A model generated the notes under the pieces. The model made no database searches and had not been told where the DNA came from. It saw only the letters and a program-made list of their open reading frames with translations. This document shows, one piece after another, positions 19,000 to 29,378 of a stretch of 64,000 bases of DNA. The stretch's first letter is position 1, and each line of letters starts with the position of its first letter. Origin of the DNA: Armatimonadota bacterium (GTDB taxonomy: Bacteria > Armatimonadota > UBA5829 > JAUSEB01); NCBI GenBank assembly GCA_030649165.1, contig JAUSGG010000162.1:3-64002 (forward strand), in the 5' to 3' direction. The position numbers and the translations under genes are program-made.

Positions 19000-19644
19000 T
19001 TGGAAGGCAATGAGACTCCCACCGCTCAGGAGCAGAACCCTCAGGGTTATATTTCCCTCGTGGTCCAGGAACTGAAAGCCGGGACCGACACGTGGGCGAT
19101 TACTCAAAAGCTGGTCGAGATGGGCGCGGACCAGAGCGAAGCGTCCCAACTTGTGGACAAGGTCTATTCGGAAGTGAAAGTGGCCCTGGAGGCCGAACAG
19201 CTCACCCCTCACAGCGTATTGACAGGTTTGGTTGGAGGAGCGCTGGGCGCGGCTATCGGCGGAACGGCCTGGGGCCTGATAGTCAAATACACGCACTTTG
19301 AGATCGGCTATATGGCCTGGGGAATCGGCCTGCTGTGCGGTTTCGGAGTCGTCATATTCTCAGGCGGTCGAAAAGGCCTTCCGCTTCAGTTGATCGCGGT
19401 GTTGGCGGCGATTGCGGGGATTGTTGCGGGCAAGTATGCGACGTTCTACCTCGAACTCAAAGATGTTCTCGCTCAGGAGGCCCACCGGCCGGTGAATATC
19501 CCAATCTTTTCCCCGGCCCTCATCAGACTTTTCCCCAGCGCATTGCGCGAGATGATGAGCGGTTTCGATTTTCTCTGGGTGGCCCTCGCGGTCATCACCG
19601 CGTGGCGGATTCCGAAGCCGTTGGGGATTAAGTTGAGAAGCTGA
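19000..19644 (+). CDS. Hypothetical membrane protein
   Basis: AGGAGG RBS with TTG start; Gly-rich TM helices. Confidence 0.7.
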   Translation: MEGNETPTAQEQNPQGYISLVVQELKAGTDTWAITQKLVEMGADQSEASQLVDKVYSEVKVALEAEQLTPHSVLTGLVGGALGAAIGGTAWGLIVKYTHFEIGYMAWGIGLLCGFGVVIFSGGRKGLPLQLIAVLAAIAGIVAGKYATFYLELKDVLAQEAHRPVNIPIFSPALIRLFPSALREMMSGFDFLWVALAVITAWRIPKPLGIKLRS

Positions 19645-19682
19645 GGGGGAGGAGTCGGAGGAGTCGCAGGGAGTCCGAGGGA

Positions 19683-19753
19683 GGGAGACCTGCGGTCGGC
19701 ATCTTGTGCGGGGTCAGAGACCCGCGCACAGCGAGACCCGCGCACAGCGAGAC
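19683..19753 (+). repeat. GGGAGACC...GACCCGCGCACAGC repeat element
   Basis: Related copy at 63788-63838; here the tail GAGACCCGCGCACAGC is tandemly duplicated. Confidence 0.7.
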
Positions 19754-19807
19754 GGCAGGGTCTTGAGCCGAATTAGACGGGGCCTGCCACTGTTCACCGT
19801 TTACTGG

Positions 19808-20482
19808 TCACTGTTGACTATCCGACTCCAGCAGTCCGTCCCGAAACCGCAGAACGCGGCGGGCGTGGGCGGCGATGTCGGCCTCGTGGGTAACGATGAC
19901 GATGGTCTTTCCCTGCTCGTTGAGCCGCTGGAAGATGGACATTATCTCCACGCCGGTAGCGGTGTCCAGATTGCCCGTCGGCTCATCGCCGAAGATGACA
20001 GGCGGGTCGTTCACGAGGGCGCGGGCAATTGCGACTCGCTGCTGCTCGCCGCCGGAGAGTTGCATGGGCGTGTGATGGAGGCGGTCGCCAAGACCGATCG
20101 AACTCAGTATCTGCCGGGCCAGCTTGACGTCCTTGCGCTCGAAGGAATACATCATCGGCAGCAGAGTGTTCTTGAGGGCGGAGGCGCGCGGGAGAAGGTT
20201 GAAACTCTGGAAAACAAATCCGATCTTGCGGTTTCTCACGGCGGCGCGGGCCGGGTCGCTGAGCCTGCTGGCGTCGGCTCCGTCGAGAAGGTACTTTCCG
20301 CCGCTCGGTCTGTCCAGGCATCCGAGGATGTTCATCAGCGTCGATTTGCCTGAGCCGGATGGTCCCATTATGGCCACGAACTCGCCGGGCTCTATGGCGA
20401 ACGAGACCCCTCGCAGCGCGGGTATGTCCACGCTGCCGATCCCGTAGGTTTTCTTCAGGTCGCGGACTTCGATTAGGGCCAT
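19808..20482 (-). CDS. ABC transporter ATP-binding protein (MacB/LolD type)
   Basis: GPSGSGKST, GFVFQSFNL, LSGGEQQRVAIARAL, DEPTGNLD and VTHE. Confidence 0.95.
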   Translation of the reverse strand: MALIEVRDLKKTYGIGSVDIPALRGVSFAIEPGEFVAIMGPSGSGKSTLMNILGCLDRPSGGKYLLDGADASRLSDPARAAVRNRKIGFVFQSFNLLPRASALKNTLLPMMYSFERKDVKLARQILSSIGLGDRLHHTPMQLSGGEQQRVAIARALVNDPPVIFGDEPTGNLDTATGVEIMSIFQRLNEQGKTIVIVTHEADIAAHARRVLRFRDGLLESDSQQ

Positions 20483-20503
20483 TGGTTTACCTGTCTTTGT
20501 GCG

Positions 20504-20541
20504 TCCTTCGGCAGCGTCGCTGCCGCTCTGCTACCGAAGGA
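20504..20541. repeat. ~38 bp imperfect palindrome, copy 2 of 3
   Basis: Matches 2635-2671 and 34541-34578. Confidence 0.85.
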
Positions 20542-20654
20542 TCGAAAAGCAGATTCCTCGTTCCTCGGAATGACGCCTACACCGGCACGGGTCATCTCGT
20601 CTGCAAGGTTCAACCCTCACCCCTGCCCTCTCCCTCCCAGGGAGAGGGAGTTCG

Positions 20655-21959
20655 TCAAGCGTATCTCAGGGCTTCTATCGGGTCGACAAGCGCTGCTCGC
20701 ACGGCGGGATAGAGCCCGAAGATGACGCCGACGAACGCTGAAACTCCGAAGGAAACGACAATCGCCTGCATCGAGACTACTGTCCGCCAATCGGCGTAGG
20801 TGGATATGGCCTTTGCCCCGCCGATTCCCAGCCCGATGCCGATCAGCCCGCCGAAGCACGTGATGACCAATGCCTCCAGCATGAACTGGCGGATGATGTC
20901 CCATCTGGTCGCGCCGACGCACCGCCGGATGCCGATCTCTCGCGTCCGCTGCGTCACGGTCGCGAGCATGATGTTCATTATGCCTATACCGCCCACGAGC
21001 AGCGAAATGCTGGCTATTGCCGCCATTACTATGTTGAAAATGCGCTGGGTCTGCCAGCTCTGGCGCAGAAGCTCCGCGGGGATTATGATCTCATAGTCCC
21101 TGATGCCCCTATGCCGGCGGTTCAATACGGACCGGATGACGGAAGCCGCCGGGATCGTAGCGTTATCGCTTTCGACCTGCACGATTACCTCGCTGAGCGG
21201 ACTGTCGCCCCTGCTCTGACGCACCATCATTCTCCTGAACAGCTTTTCAGCCGCGATAGCGGTGGCGGGCACCGCTTCGACGGAGTGAATCTTGAAATCC
21301 GTGATCGAGACGGTGATGGGGATGTAAACGTGGGAGTTGAGGTCCTTCATAGCGGAAAAGGCGCTGCCGGAGCCGACTTCCTTGCGCTTCATAACCCCGA
21401 CCACACGAAAGACGTTTCTCCCGATCCTCATAGTCTTACCGATCGGATCGTTGAAGCCGAACACATCGCGCTTGGCCGCGGCGCCCAAAACGCATACGAA
21501 AACGTGATCGCGCACGTCCCGGTCGATCAGAAAACGCCCGGTCTCGATGACCGATCGCGTGGCCTGCTCATATCCCGGAATCGTTCCGACTATCTTGACC
21601 GACACCGGCTTCTCTCGCACGTTCACGTCGGAGAAGACCTCTCGAATGGGTATCACGCCCTTCGCGAACTGGCAAACCTCTCGAAGCCCATCGGTGTCCG
21701 AATACTTGAGACCAAATGGAGAACGCTCCTGCGCTTTGGCGACGAGTTCGCCGGCGGTCGCCGCGCGCCTGACGCGGACGATGTCGATGCCCATCTGCCG
21801 GATTTGTTCGAGAGCCTCCTGTTTGGCGCCTTCGCCGATGGATACCATCGCTATGACGGCCGCGACTCCGAAAATCACGCCGAGCATTGTCAGCGCGGAG
21901 CGCAGTTTGTGGGAAAGGAGTTCCGACAGTCCGGTTTGGATGGCGTCGAGTATGCCCAT
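20655..21959 (-). CDS. ABC transporter permease (MacB/FtsX family)
   Basis: KLRSALTMLG, SLLVGGIGIMNIML, RTREIGIRR and DPIEALRY. Confidence 0.93.
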   Translation of the reverse strand: MGILDAIQTGLSELLSHKLRSALTMLGVIFGVAAVIAMVSIGEGAKQEALEQIRQMGIDIVRVRRAATAGELVAKAQERSPFGLKYSDTDGLREVCQFAKGVIPIREVFSDVNVREKPVSVKIVGTIPGYEQATRSVIETGRFLIDRDVRDHVFVCVLGAAAKRDVFGFNDPIGKTMRIGRNVFRVVGVMKRKEVGSGSAFSAMKDLNSHVYIPITVSITDFKIHSVEAVPATAIAAEKLFRRMMVRQSRGDSPLSEVIVQVESDNATIPAASVIRSVLNRRHRGIRDYEIIIPAELLRQSWQTQRIFNIVMAAIASISLLVGGIGIMNIMLATVTQRTREIGIRRCVGATRWDIIRQFMLEALVITCFGGLIGIGLGIGGAKAISTYADWRTVVSMQAIVVSFGVSAFVGVIFGLYPAVRAALVDPIEALRYA

Positions 21960-21961
21960 CG

Positions 21962-23368
21962 CTACTTCTTGGCCCCGTTCTTCTCCGGTATCGGAACGGC
22001 CTTCTCGCCCTTGCCTTCCTCGACGTTCGCGGCGCCGGATTCCTGCTGATCCATCGGGCGCGTCGGGTCTCTCAGACAGACCACGTCACCTTTCTTGAGA
22101 CCCTTGGTTATCACGACAGAGTTGTCGTTCTGCGGGCCGGTCTGGACGAGAACACGCTGGTACCGCTTTCCATTCCTGACGAAGGCGAACGTCTTTCCAG
22201 ACCGTTCCTGCACGGCCTCGATCGGGGCGTAGACAGCCTTGTCCAGCGTCTTCTCGATGAACTCCAAATCCGCGGTCATGCCCGGTTTCAAGGTCCTGGG
22301 ATCGGCCTCTTCAAGATCGATCGTGACCTCAAAATTCTTCTTGCCGGGCTCGGCCCCAGTCTCCCAGAACATCTTCTCACTGGCAAGGCTGGATATCTCT
22401 TTGACGACGCCGTGGAACGTCCTGCTGGGGACGGCCTCCAGTCGCACTAGACATTTCATGCCGAGTTTCACTCTGGGCGCATCAGACTCTCCGACCTGTA
22501 CTTTGACGAGCATGCTCGAAAGCTCGGGCAGTTGGCAGATGCTCATTCTGGGCCAAACGCCGTCGCCTTCTTTGAGTTTCCGGCGTTCGCTGCCGCCCAC
22601 CCACGTGCTCGTCAGCACTACCATTCCGGCTGACGGCGCCTTGATGATTGCCTTTTTCAGGTTGTTCTGCCAGTTATCAAGATCGAGTTTCGACATGCCG
22701 GCGACGCTCTCGGCGTTGGCCACGTCGGCCCTTTTCTGCTCCTCCTCGGACTGAACCTCTTTCTTCTTGAGGTCCAACTGCATCTCGCCTTTGCGAACGG
22801 CAAGCTCTTTGCTGCGGACGTCTATTTCCGCCTGATCGACCTGGTCGCGCGGAATCAGTTTCTCGTCGGCCAGGCGCTTCTTCTTCTCGAAACTCTTCTG
22901 AGCGCGCTCGTATTCGGACTTGTTGAAGTCGAGCTCGGCCTGAGACTGCGCAATCACAGTCTTGTTCTGCTCGATCAGGATGTTCAATTTAGCTTTCGCC
23001 CGCCCGACTTCGGCCCTGTCCTGACTGTTCTTGAGCTTTCTGGAAAGCACTTCATTCCGAACGTTGGTCGTGTCGAGGATCGCGATGACGTCCCCGGCAG
23101 CCACCACGGCGCCTTCCGAGATAAGTTTGATGATCTTGCCGTCGATCTCGGAGCTGACCATCATGGATTTTTCGGCCTCCAGAGCGCCGATCTCGTGGAA
23201 ACTGATGACGAACCTACCGCCGCTGACTTTGGCCGTCGCGACGTAGGGAGTCGCCTTCTTGGGAGCGACGAACTGCCTGTAGAGCGGCGACCCCCAGTGT
23301 TGAACGGCGACAACCACGATCGCCACCGACAGCGCGCGGGTCCCCCAAAGCGTCAACTGTCTTCTCAT
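21962..23368 (-). CDS. Efflux periplasmic adaptor (HlyD/MacA family)
   Basis: N-terminal TM, lipoyl-like GKIIKL...GDVI, coiled coil, IKAPSAG and LKPGMTA. Confidence 0.88.
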   Translation of the reverse strand: MRRQLTLWGTRALSVAIVVVAVQHWGSPLYRQFVAPKKATPYVATAKVSGGRFVISFHEIGALEAEKSMMVSSEIDGKIIKLISEGAVVAAGDVIAILDTTNVRNEVLSRKLKNSQDRAEVGRAKAKLNILIEQNKTVIAQSQAELDFNKSEYERAQKSFEKKKRLADEKLIPRDQVDQAEIDVRSKELAVRKGEMQLDLKKKEVQSEEEQKRADVANAESVAGMSKLDLDNWQNNLKKAIIKAPSAGMVVLTSTWVGGSERRKLKEGDGVWPRMSICQLPELSSMLVKVQVGESDAPRVKLGMKCLVRLEAVPSRTFHGVVKEISSLASEKMFWETGAEPGKKNFEVTIDLEEADPRTLKPGMTADLEFIEKTLDKAVYAPIEAVQERSGKTFAFVRNGKRYQRVLVQTGPQNDNSVVITKGLKKGDVVCLRDPTRPMDQQESGAANVEEGKGEKAVPIPEKNGAKK

Positions 23369-24801
23369 TTAGATACCACCGCAGTTATGTCTTCGCCCAT
23401 AGCGTATCGCAGGCTCAGGTTCGCCAGGTAAACGTTGGTCTTTGCGGCGAGCAGCCCGCTCTCGACCTCGGTCAGCGACTCCTGGGCTTCCAGCGTCTCT
23501 CTGTTCGAGACCAGGCCCTCGTCAACCATGCGCTGCGCCAGCCCGAGGTTCTCCTCGGCCACTTTTGAGTTCTGGTCCAGGATTTCCAGCGAGGCGCGCG
23601 CCGCCTCAAGCGACCGGTAAGCGCGCCGGACTTGCTCCGCGATCTGTTCCATCTGAAAGTTACGCACAGTGTGAAGCACGTTCAACTGTCTCGACGCGGT
23701 GTCCCGCTCCTCTTTGGTGACGCGCTTGTCCAGCGGGAATACGAGATCCAGGCCCATCCGCGCATCGCTTTCTCCGAATATGGAACCCGCCGTCAGGCCG
23801 CCAAAATCGCCGGCGGAATTGTAGCCGGCGACCACATCGAGGCCCGGACGAAGCCGGTCTTTGGCCATCGCCAACTCCCTCGCTTTCTCGGACAACTGTT
23901 CATCGGAAATCCCCAACTCGCCTCGGTTGGACAGGGCGGTCTTGACGGCGTCTCCCAGGCCGGGGGCTTCCACACCGGCATCCGAGATCGCGTCGGTCAA
24001 CTCCGGACCGTGCCCGACTCCGGCGCCGATTGCCAGCATAAGCCTATCCATCGCCCCTCGCGCCGCCTGGTTTTGAAGGTTGAGCTCGTCCCTGGTGCGG
24101 GCAACGCGAAGCTCGGCGCGGGAGACCTCGATCTCCGCCACTAGGCCGGCATCGGCCCGTTTTCGGGCCCCATCGGCCACTTCCCGCGCAATAGCCAGCG
24201 CGCGCTCCCGGACCTTTACGCGCTCCCTCTCCAGCACGGCCTGGTAGTACGCCTCGACCACACCGAGCGCGGTCGATTGGCGGGTGAGGTACAATTCCTT
24301 ATCCTGCACGCTCGCGTCACTCCGCGCGCCAAGGACAAGGTTGGATTTATCGGACAGCCGTCCTTTGCCCCTCATCAGCGGACTCCTGAGCGACAAGTTC
24401 ATGGAGCTGCGCAGATTGCCCAGCCCGAATGGTGACAGGTTGACGGACGCCTCCGTGCCGCTCAGGTTCTTGTAAGTCAGGTCGCCTCCGAGATTGGCGG
24501 ACACGGTGGAATCGCCGAAGCTGCGCTCGACACCCGTGTAACCTCCGGCGCCGAAAGTCGTGTTCAGACCGGCGATCCTGAGCCGGGACAAGGACGACAG
24601 GCGGCTTTCCTCGGCCTGTTTCAATCCGGCGTTCTCGCCAAGCGCGGCGGCGACGGCCTCCGCGACCGAGAGCTTCGCGGGCGGCGCGTACGTCGGTTGC
24701 GCCGGGGCCTTCTGAGCCGCGCGGGACGCGGCTCCGGTCCCAAAGAGGAACAGGGCGAGTAACGCGCAGCCCCAGGCGAGGCCGCGGGAGGGTTTCTTCA
24801 T
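23365..24801 (-). CDS. Outer membrane efflux protein (TolC family)
   Basis: Signal peptide and two OEP-like repeats (AYYQAVL...AGLVAEIEV; AYRSL...EGLVSNRETL); first gene of the efflux operon. Confidence 0.85.
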   Translation of the reverse strand: MKKPSRGLAWGCALLALFLFGTGAASRAAQKAPAQPTYAPPAKLSVAEAVAAALGENAGLKQAEESRLSSLSRLRIAGLNTTFGAGGYTGVERSFGDSTVSANLGGDLTYKNLSGTEASVNLSPFGLGNLRSSMNLSLRSPLMRGKGRLSDKSNLVLGARSDASVQDKELYLTRQSTALGVVEAYYQAVLERERVKVRERALAIAREVADGARKRADAGLVAEIEVSRAELRVARTRDELNLQNQAARGAMDRLMLAIGAGVGHGPELTDAISDAGVEAPGLGDAVKTALSNRGELGISDEQLSEKARELAMAKDRLRPGLDVVAGYNSAGDFGGLTAGSIFGESDARMGLDLVFPLDKRVTKEERDTASRQLNVLHTVRNFQMEQIAEQVRRAYRSLEAARASLEILDQNSKVAEENLGLAQRMVDEGLVSNRETLEAQESLTEVESGLLAAKTNVYLANLSLRYAMGEDITAVVSK

Positions 24802-24967
24802 AATGGGATTTGCCTTTTCGTAAGCGGCGTGGAAAACGATCTTACATCTACACTATAAACCATGACGCTTCAACTGAGCAATATGTTCAGGTTGGTTGTT
24901 AGTTGTCGGTTGACGGTTTTGCGCTTCGAATATGGAACAAGCCATATGTAGCCGTCCAAAGGAGCTG

Positions 24968-25231
24968 ATGCGCGTGCACTTTGCCGATTCCATAATACGT
25001 AAGCTGCACATATACCTGCTCGTTTTCTGTTTCGTCGTATCTCTTCTGGGGATGGCTGTTGTGAAGTTGAGCCGAGGTGGTCGAGACGCCAGTGAACCGG
25101 CGGTCACGGCGGGCCAGAAACTGAGAGCGCTGGAAAACCTGGCGCCTCAGTCGCCGGCGATGTCCCGATTCCTGCAGAACGAGAAGGCGACACAGCAGGC
25201 AAACCGGGAAGTCTGCGGCGGAGGTCGGTAG
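24968..25231 (+). CDS. Hypothetical small membrane protein
   Basis: One TM helix; AAGGAG upstream; start uncertain (24932 is the alternative). Confidence 0.4.
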   Translation: MRVHFADSIIRKLHIYLLVFCFVVSLLGMAVVKLSRGGRDASEPAVTAGQKLRALENLAPQSPAMSRFLQNEKATQQANREVCGGGR

Positions 25232-25522
25232 GTTTATAGGGTTCCAGGGTTATAGGTTCGTAGGTTCTTAGGGTGTTCCGTGCGTGATTCGGGATGAAGT
25301 GCGTGTCACGAAGCATACTGAACACTCGAATCCGCACGGTAATCCCCCCTCACCCCAACCCTCTCCCGCCCAAGGGGGAGAGGGGGATTTGGCGTATGCG
25401 TTACGTTGACCTAACAGCAATACCGGACTACTGAACTCATCCGTTTGCTTTCCTTCCGGGAACTGCTGCAGCGCGCGGCCTGTCTAACAAGCAATCAGCA
25501 TCTACCGCAGAGGAGCGTCAGT

Positions 25523-27010
25523 ATGGGCAATAGGCAGGCTCTTTCAAGCGGGTTTCCTATTTCGGTTATTCGAGGCGGGGCCCTCAACGCCGCCCTGGTA
25601 GTTATCTCGGCCCTCTTGGCATCCCTTGCGTTTCCACCTCACGAACTGTGGCCGCTCGCGTGGGTCTGCCTGGTTCCCCTGTTCATCGCCTTGGGCCGAA
25701 CAAGCGCGGTCCGCGCGTCAGGGTGGCTCGCCCTGCTGTTTGGTCTCGTTTTCCTGGGCTTCACCTTACGCTGGTTGACAAATATATTCGGGACCGGCAT
25801 TGTCGGAATTATGCTGCTTGGCTCGCTGCCATTCGTGCTTTTTGGTCTTGCCTATCGGTTTGTCTACGCCCGCTCATCGCCATTGGCCGCTGCGTTAATG
25901 ACTCCCGTCCTGTGGCTGGCCGTCGATTGGCTCCGCTGCGATGGCTGGTACTTTCGATTCTCCTGGGCGCAGCTTGGATTCACACAAATCTCGTGGCGAG
26001 GCGGCCTCGCGTTCTATCCGCTCGTCGGAGTATACGGTGTCACCTTGCTCATTGCTCTGGTCAACTCTGGTGTTGCCGCACTGTTTGATCGCCGGCTCGG
26101 TCTGCGGACACGATGCGGATTTCTGGAGGCCTGCGTGGCCATCGCCGCGGCGGGAGTGATCCTCTCATTTCTGGCCCAGCCGTTCCATAGCGGTGCGAAA
26201 GTAATCGTTGGGGCGGTGCAGGACGAGAGCGGCGATGTCGAAGCCCTGAAGCAGCTTACAGTTGGCGGCAATCCGCGTCTCCGGCCTTATCTAGTCGTTT
26301 GGCCGGAATACGCTGTGTACGACTATCCACTCTCGAAACCCGCCCTGCTTGCGGAGTTGCGGCGCGTTGCGCGGAAATCGGGAAGCGTCCTCATACTCGG
26401 CTGCAAGGAACGGGCTCCCGCGAACGCTCCCTGCGACTGGTTCAGACGACGCGCGATGGGAGACGAGCTGTTCTACAACGCCGCTCTCATTATCGGGCCA
26501 AAAGGAGACGTGCTGGGGACTTACCATAAGACGCATCCGATCCAGTTGTTCAGCGACGGCGTTCCTGGCCGGTCCTACCCGGTCTTCTCGACCCCGTCAG
26601 GGCGAGTAGGGGTAGCGATCTGCTACGACTTTGACTTCGCTTCGTCCGCGCTGAATCTTGTCCGCAACGGAGCCGAGATAATCGTAGTTCCGACCTTTGA
26701 CCCCGGTTCCTGGGGCGCGCTGCAACACGTTCAGCACGCGCGGATGGCGCAGGCGCGGGCGGCGGAGGCAGGGAGATGGGTGGTCCGGGCGACGTCGTCG
26801 GGCGTGACGCAGATAATCAATCCGGGAGGAGAGGTTACGGCGCAATTGCCGCAAATGCGGTCCTCCGCTCTCAGCGGTCGCGCCGCCTTCCGGAGCGGTC
26901 TGACCCCCTACGTTCGGGTGGGATACCTGCTTCCGTACGTATGCGCCGCGCTCAGCGCAATATGGCTGGCTGCCCCTGTCCTGCGCCGATTATCCGGGTT
27001 GTCTCGATGA
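25523..27010 (+). CDS. lnt: Apolipoprotein N-acyltransferase
   Basis: TM domain (LAFPP, FSWAQLG, GVYGVT) plus nitrilase triad VWPE, YHK and ICYD; AGGAG RBS. Confidence 0.82.
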   Translation: MGNRQALSSGFPISVIRGGALNAALVVISALLASLAFPPHELWPLAWVCLVPLFIALGRTSAVRASGWLALLFGLVFLGFTLRWLTNIFGTGIVGIMLLGSLPFVLFGLAYRFVYARSSPLAAALMTPVLWLAVDWLRCDGWYFRFSWAQLGFTQISWRGGLAFYPLVGVYGVTLLIALVNSGVAALFDRRLGLRTRCGFLEACVAIAAAGVILSFLAQPFHSGAKVIVGAVQDESGDVEALKQLTVGGNPRLRPYLVVWPEYAVYDYPLSKPALLAELRRVARKSGSVLILGCKERAPANAPCDWFRRRAMGDELFYNAALIIGPKGDVLGTYHKTHPIQLFSDGVPGRSYPVFSTPSGRVGVAICYDFDFASSALNLVRNGAEIIVVPTFDPGSWGALQHVQHARMAQARAAEAGRWVVRATSSGVTQIINPGGEVTAQLPQMRSSALSGRAAFRSGLTPYVRVGYLLPYVCAALSAIWLAAPVLRRLSGLSR

Positions 27011-27140
27011 ATCACCGCCTTCGGACCGTACCAAGCGCTACGTCAGATAGCAAATAGCGCCACCAAACGCAAATAGACTTAACATCTGGTAGCGCTCTGA
27101 GCGTGAAGCGGAACCCCTGGAACCTTGGAACCCTACAACC

Positions 27141-28562
27141 CTATCCCCTCACCCCAACCGACGACCTTTGGCCCTCCGGCCGCGGGGCCGACACTACCGG
27201 ACGCCGTTCCTCGCGCGCCTTATCGAGTTCGTGAATGGGGAACGGGAACGGGCCTTCGTCCGGTATCAGGTCGATGTACTTCGCGCGGAACTCGGGGTCT
27301 TGCATCCGGCAGTGGTTGCAGTGGCCGGCGTACATTGGGTGCGCGACCAGCCGGTCCCAAAGCGTCTCGACCGACTCCTCCGTCGCGTTGCCGACCGTCA
27401 GCGGGGTGAAGTCGCACGGCATCATGTCTCCGTAGGCGGTCATGTAGAACTGGAACCAGCCGGCGAAACAGCCGCTGCCCATCGGTCCGTTTATGAACGA
27501 CTGGCTGATGATGTGCGGAAGTTCGCGTTTCCGGTTCCACTCCTGCTCGATACGTATGATCTCCTGCTTGTCGGATTCCGACAGAAGGAGCGCGGCGTCC
27601 TGTTGGAGCAATCTGCCGGTGGGGACGACGTCGAAAACCGTAAGCTCGTGCGCTCCGACATCGCGGGCCAGTTCGATCATCTGCGCGACCTCGCCGCTGT
27701 GCAGACGCTCAGGCGTAGCATACGTGGAGATTCCAACAATCAGCCCGGCCTCCTTTGCGCGATTCAGGCCCTCGATTGCGCGTTCGAAGCACCGCGGGAC
27801 CCTGCGCAGCCTGTCATGCGATTCGGGGTCGGGACTGTCGATCGACACGTTGAGGGAGAACAGTCCCGCATCGACGAGCTTCTTGACGTTCTCTTCCGTG
27901 AGAAGGAGGCCGTTAGTGAACATCATTGCGTTGGCCTCGTCCTTTCGGACCCACGAGATGAGCTCGTAAATGTCTTTGCGCAGGAGCGGCTCGCCGCCGG
28001 TGAATACCACGTTCACCACACCGAGGTCTTCGGTCTGGCGTATAACCGACTTCCACTGGTCCGCGGTCATCTCCGTCCGGGCTTGATACTTGTGCCTGGC
28101 TGCGCTGCAATGTTCGCAATCGGCCTGGCATTTCGCCGTTATCTGGAGGGTAGCGGTGGACGCGCGCGGGTGTCCGGTCTTCTCGTAGAGCCTTCTCGTG
28201 GCAAATGCTTTCAGGGCGGCCTGGCTGGGCAAGGCGGGCTGGTACATTGTGAAGACGAGCCGGCCGTCTTTGCGGGCGATCGCCCAACCCTTGTTGTTGA
28301 CCCAGTTCCTGACTGTCTCGGCCATGTCGGCGCCCATTTTCGCGCCGAGCAGCCCGGTAGGTCTCGCGCCGAACCGGCCGTCGTCATCGACTTCGCAAAA
28401 CAGTCCCAGCAGCTCGATCCTTTTGGACGGCGTGAGCCGCGAGAGTCCCCTTAGAGCTTTCAACAACAGCGGACGTTTGCTCGCCTCCCGGCCAATCACT
28501 TCGGCAAGGGGGCCGGCCAACCCGCCAGGTCCAACCTGCAAGAGCCTCAAATGCTGCTGCAT
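27141..28562 (-). CDS. Radical SAM protein with SPASM/twitch-like C-terminal Cys motif
   Basis: CQADCEHC, FTGGEP and FTNG; C-terminal CFAG...PCDF...CNHC. Confidence 0.88.
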   Translation of the reverse strand: MQQHLRLLQVGPGGLAGPLAEVIGREASKRPLLLKALRGLSRLTPSKRIELLGLFCEVDDDGRFGARPTGLLGAKMGADMAETVRNWVNNKGWAIARKDGRLVFTMYQPALPSQAALKAFATRRLYEKTGHPRASTATLQITAKCQADCEHCSAARHKYQARTEMTADQWKSVIRQTEDLGVVNVVFTGGEPLLRKDIYELISWVRKDEANAMMFTNGLLLTEENVKKLVDAGLFSLNVSIDSPDPESHDRLRRVPRCFERAIEGLNRAKEAGLIVGISTYATPERLHSGEVAQMIELARDVGAHELTVFDVVPTGRLLQQDAALLLSESDKQEIIRIEQEWNRKRELPHIISQSFINGPMGSGCFAGWFQFYMTAYGDMMPCDFTPLTVGNATEESVETLWDRLVAHPMYAGHCNHCRMQDPEFRAKYIDLIPDEGPFPFPIHELDKAREERRPVVSAPRPEGQRSSVGVRG

Positions 28563-28779
28563 CGCAAGTCACCTCCACTATGCCGCGCTCTCCCGACGCG
28601 CCAATCGTTTTGCTTACCCGCGAACGGCCCAGCCGAAACTAATGAGCTTTTCCTCGATTCGGCCTTTTCTGCTAAAATAGTCTTGTCCGTGCTCTACTGT
28701 AAGCCGGATCGTTTTGTCTATTAGAGCGATAATTCTATAAGCATGCCCGCAAGAACGCAATCGCTTTGAGGAGTATAGA

Positions 28780-29163
28780 GTGAGTTTTTCTGACGAACTG
28801 AAGTACGACGCGCAGGGCCTGATCACGGCGGTGGTCCAGGACGTCGAGACCGGTGAGGTGTTGATGGTCGCGTACATGAACAAGGAGGCGGTTGACAGGA
28901 CCTTGGAATCAGGCAAGACCTGCTTCTGGAGCCGCTCCCGGCAGGAGTTCTGGGTGAAGGGCGGTTCGTCCGGGCATTTCCAGTTCGTCAAAGGGATATA
29001 CACGGATTGCGACCGCGATTGCCTGCTTGTTAAGGTGGAGCAGGTAGGGGCGGCATGTCACGACGGCTATCGGAGCTGCTTCTACCGCCGGGTCGCTTCC
29101 GACGGATCGCTCGAAGTGGTCGCGGAAAGGGTATTCGATCCCGATAAAGTTTATGGGAGTTAG
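28780..29163 (+). CDS. hisI: Phosphoribosyl-AMP cyclohydrolase
   Basis: WSRSR, KGGSSGH, DCDRD and [10 protein letters not shown]. Confidence 0.95.
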   Translation: MSFSDELKYDAQGLITAVVQDVETGEVLMVAYMNKEAVDRTLESGKTCFWSRSRQEFWVKGGSSGHFQFVKGIYTDCDRDCLLVKVEQVGAACHDGYRSCFYRRVASDGSLEVVAERVFDPDKVYGS

Positions 29164-29191
29164 GTTGTTGGTTTCGTGTGAGGAGGCTGTT

Positions 29192-29362
29192 ATGAGAACG
29201 TTGTTGCGCTGCGGGTTGATGGGTTTGGCTTTGACGGCGATGCTGCTGCCCGCCGGCTGCGGCAAACCTTGAGGAGTGTCGATCTCGTCGGGTCCGACGA
29301 GAACAATGAGCAGGCAAATGGCACAGACACAGAACCTGCTTCCTGTCGTGTTTGCGCGTTGA
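29192..29362 (+). CDS. Unannotated small lipoprotein-like ORF with internal UGA at 29270-29272 (possible selenocysteine; 26 aa if UGA is a stop)
   Basis: AGGAGG RBS; signal peptide MRTLLRCGLMGLALTAMLLPAG-C; then GKP-UGA followed by an 8-bp hairpin. Confidence 0.4.
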
Positions 29363-29378
29363 GCGATATGGAGCATAG

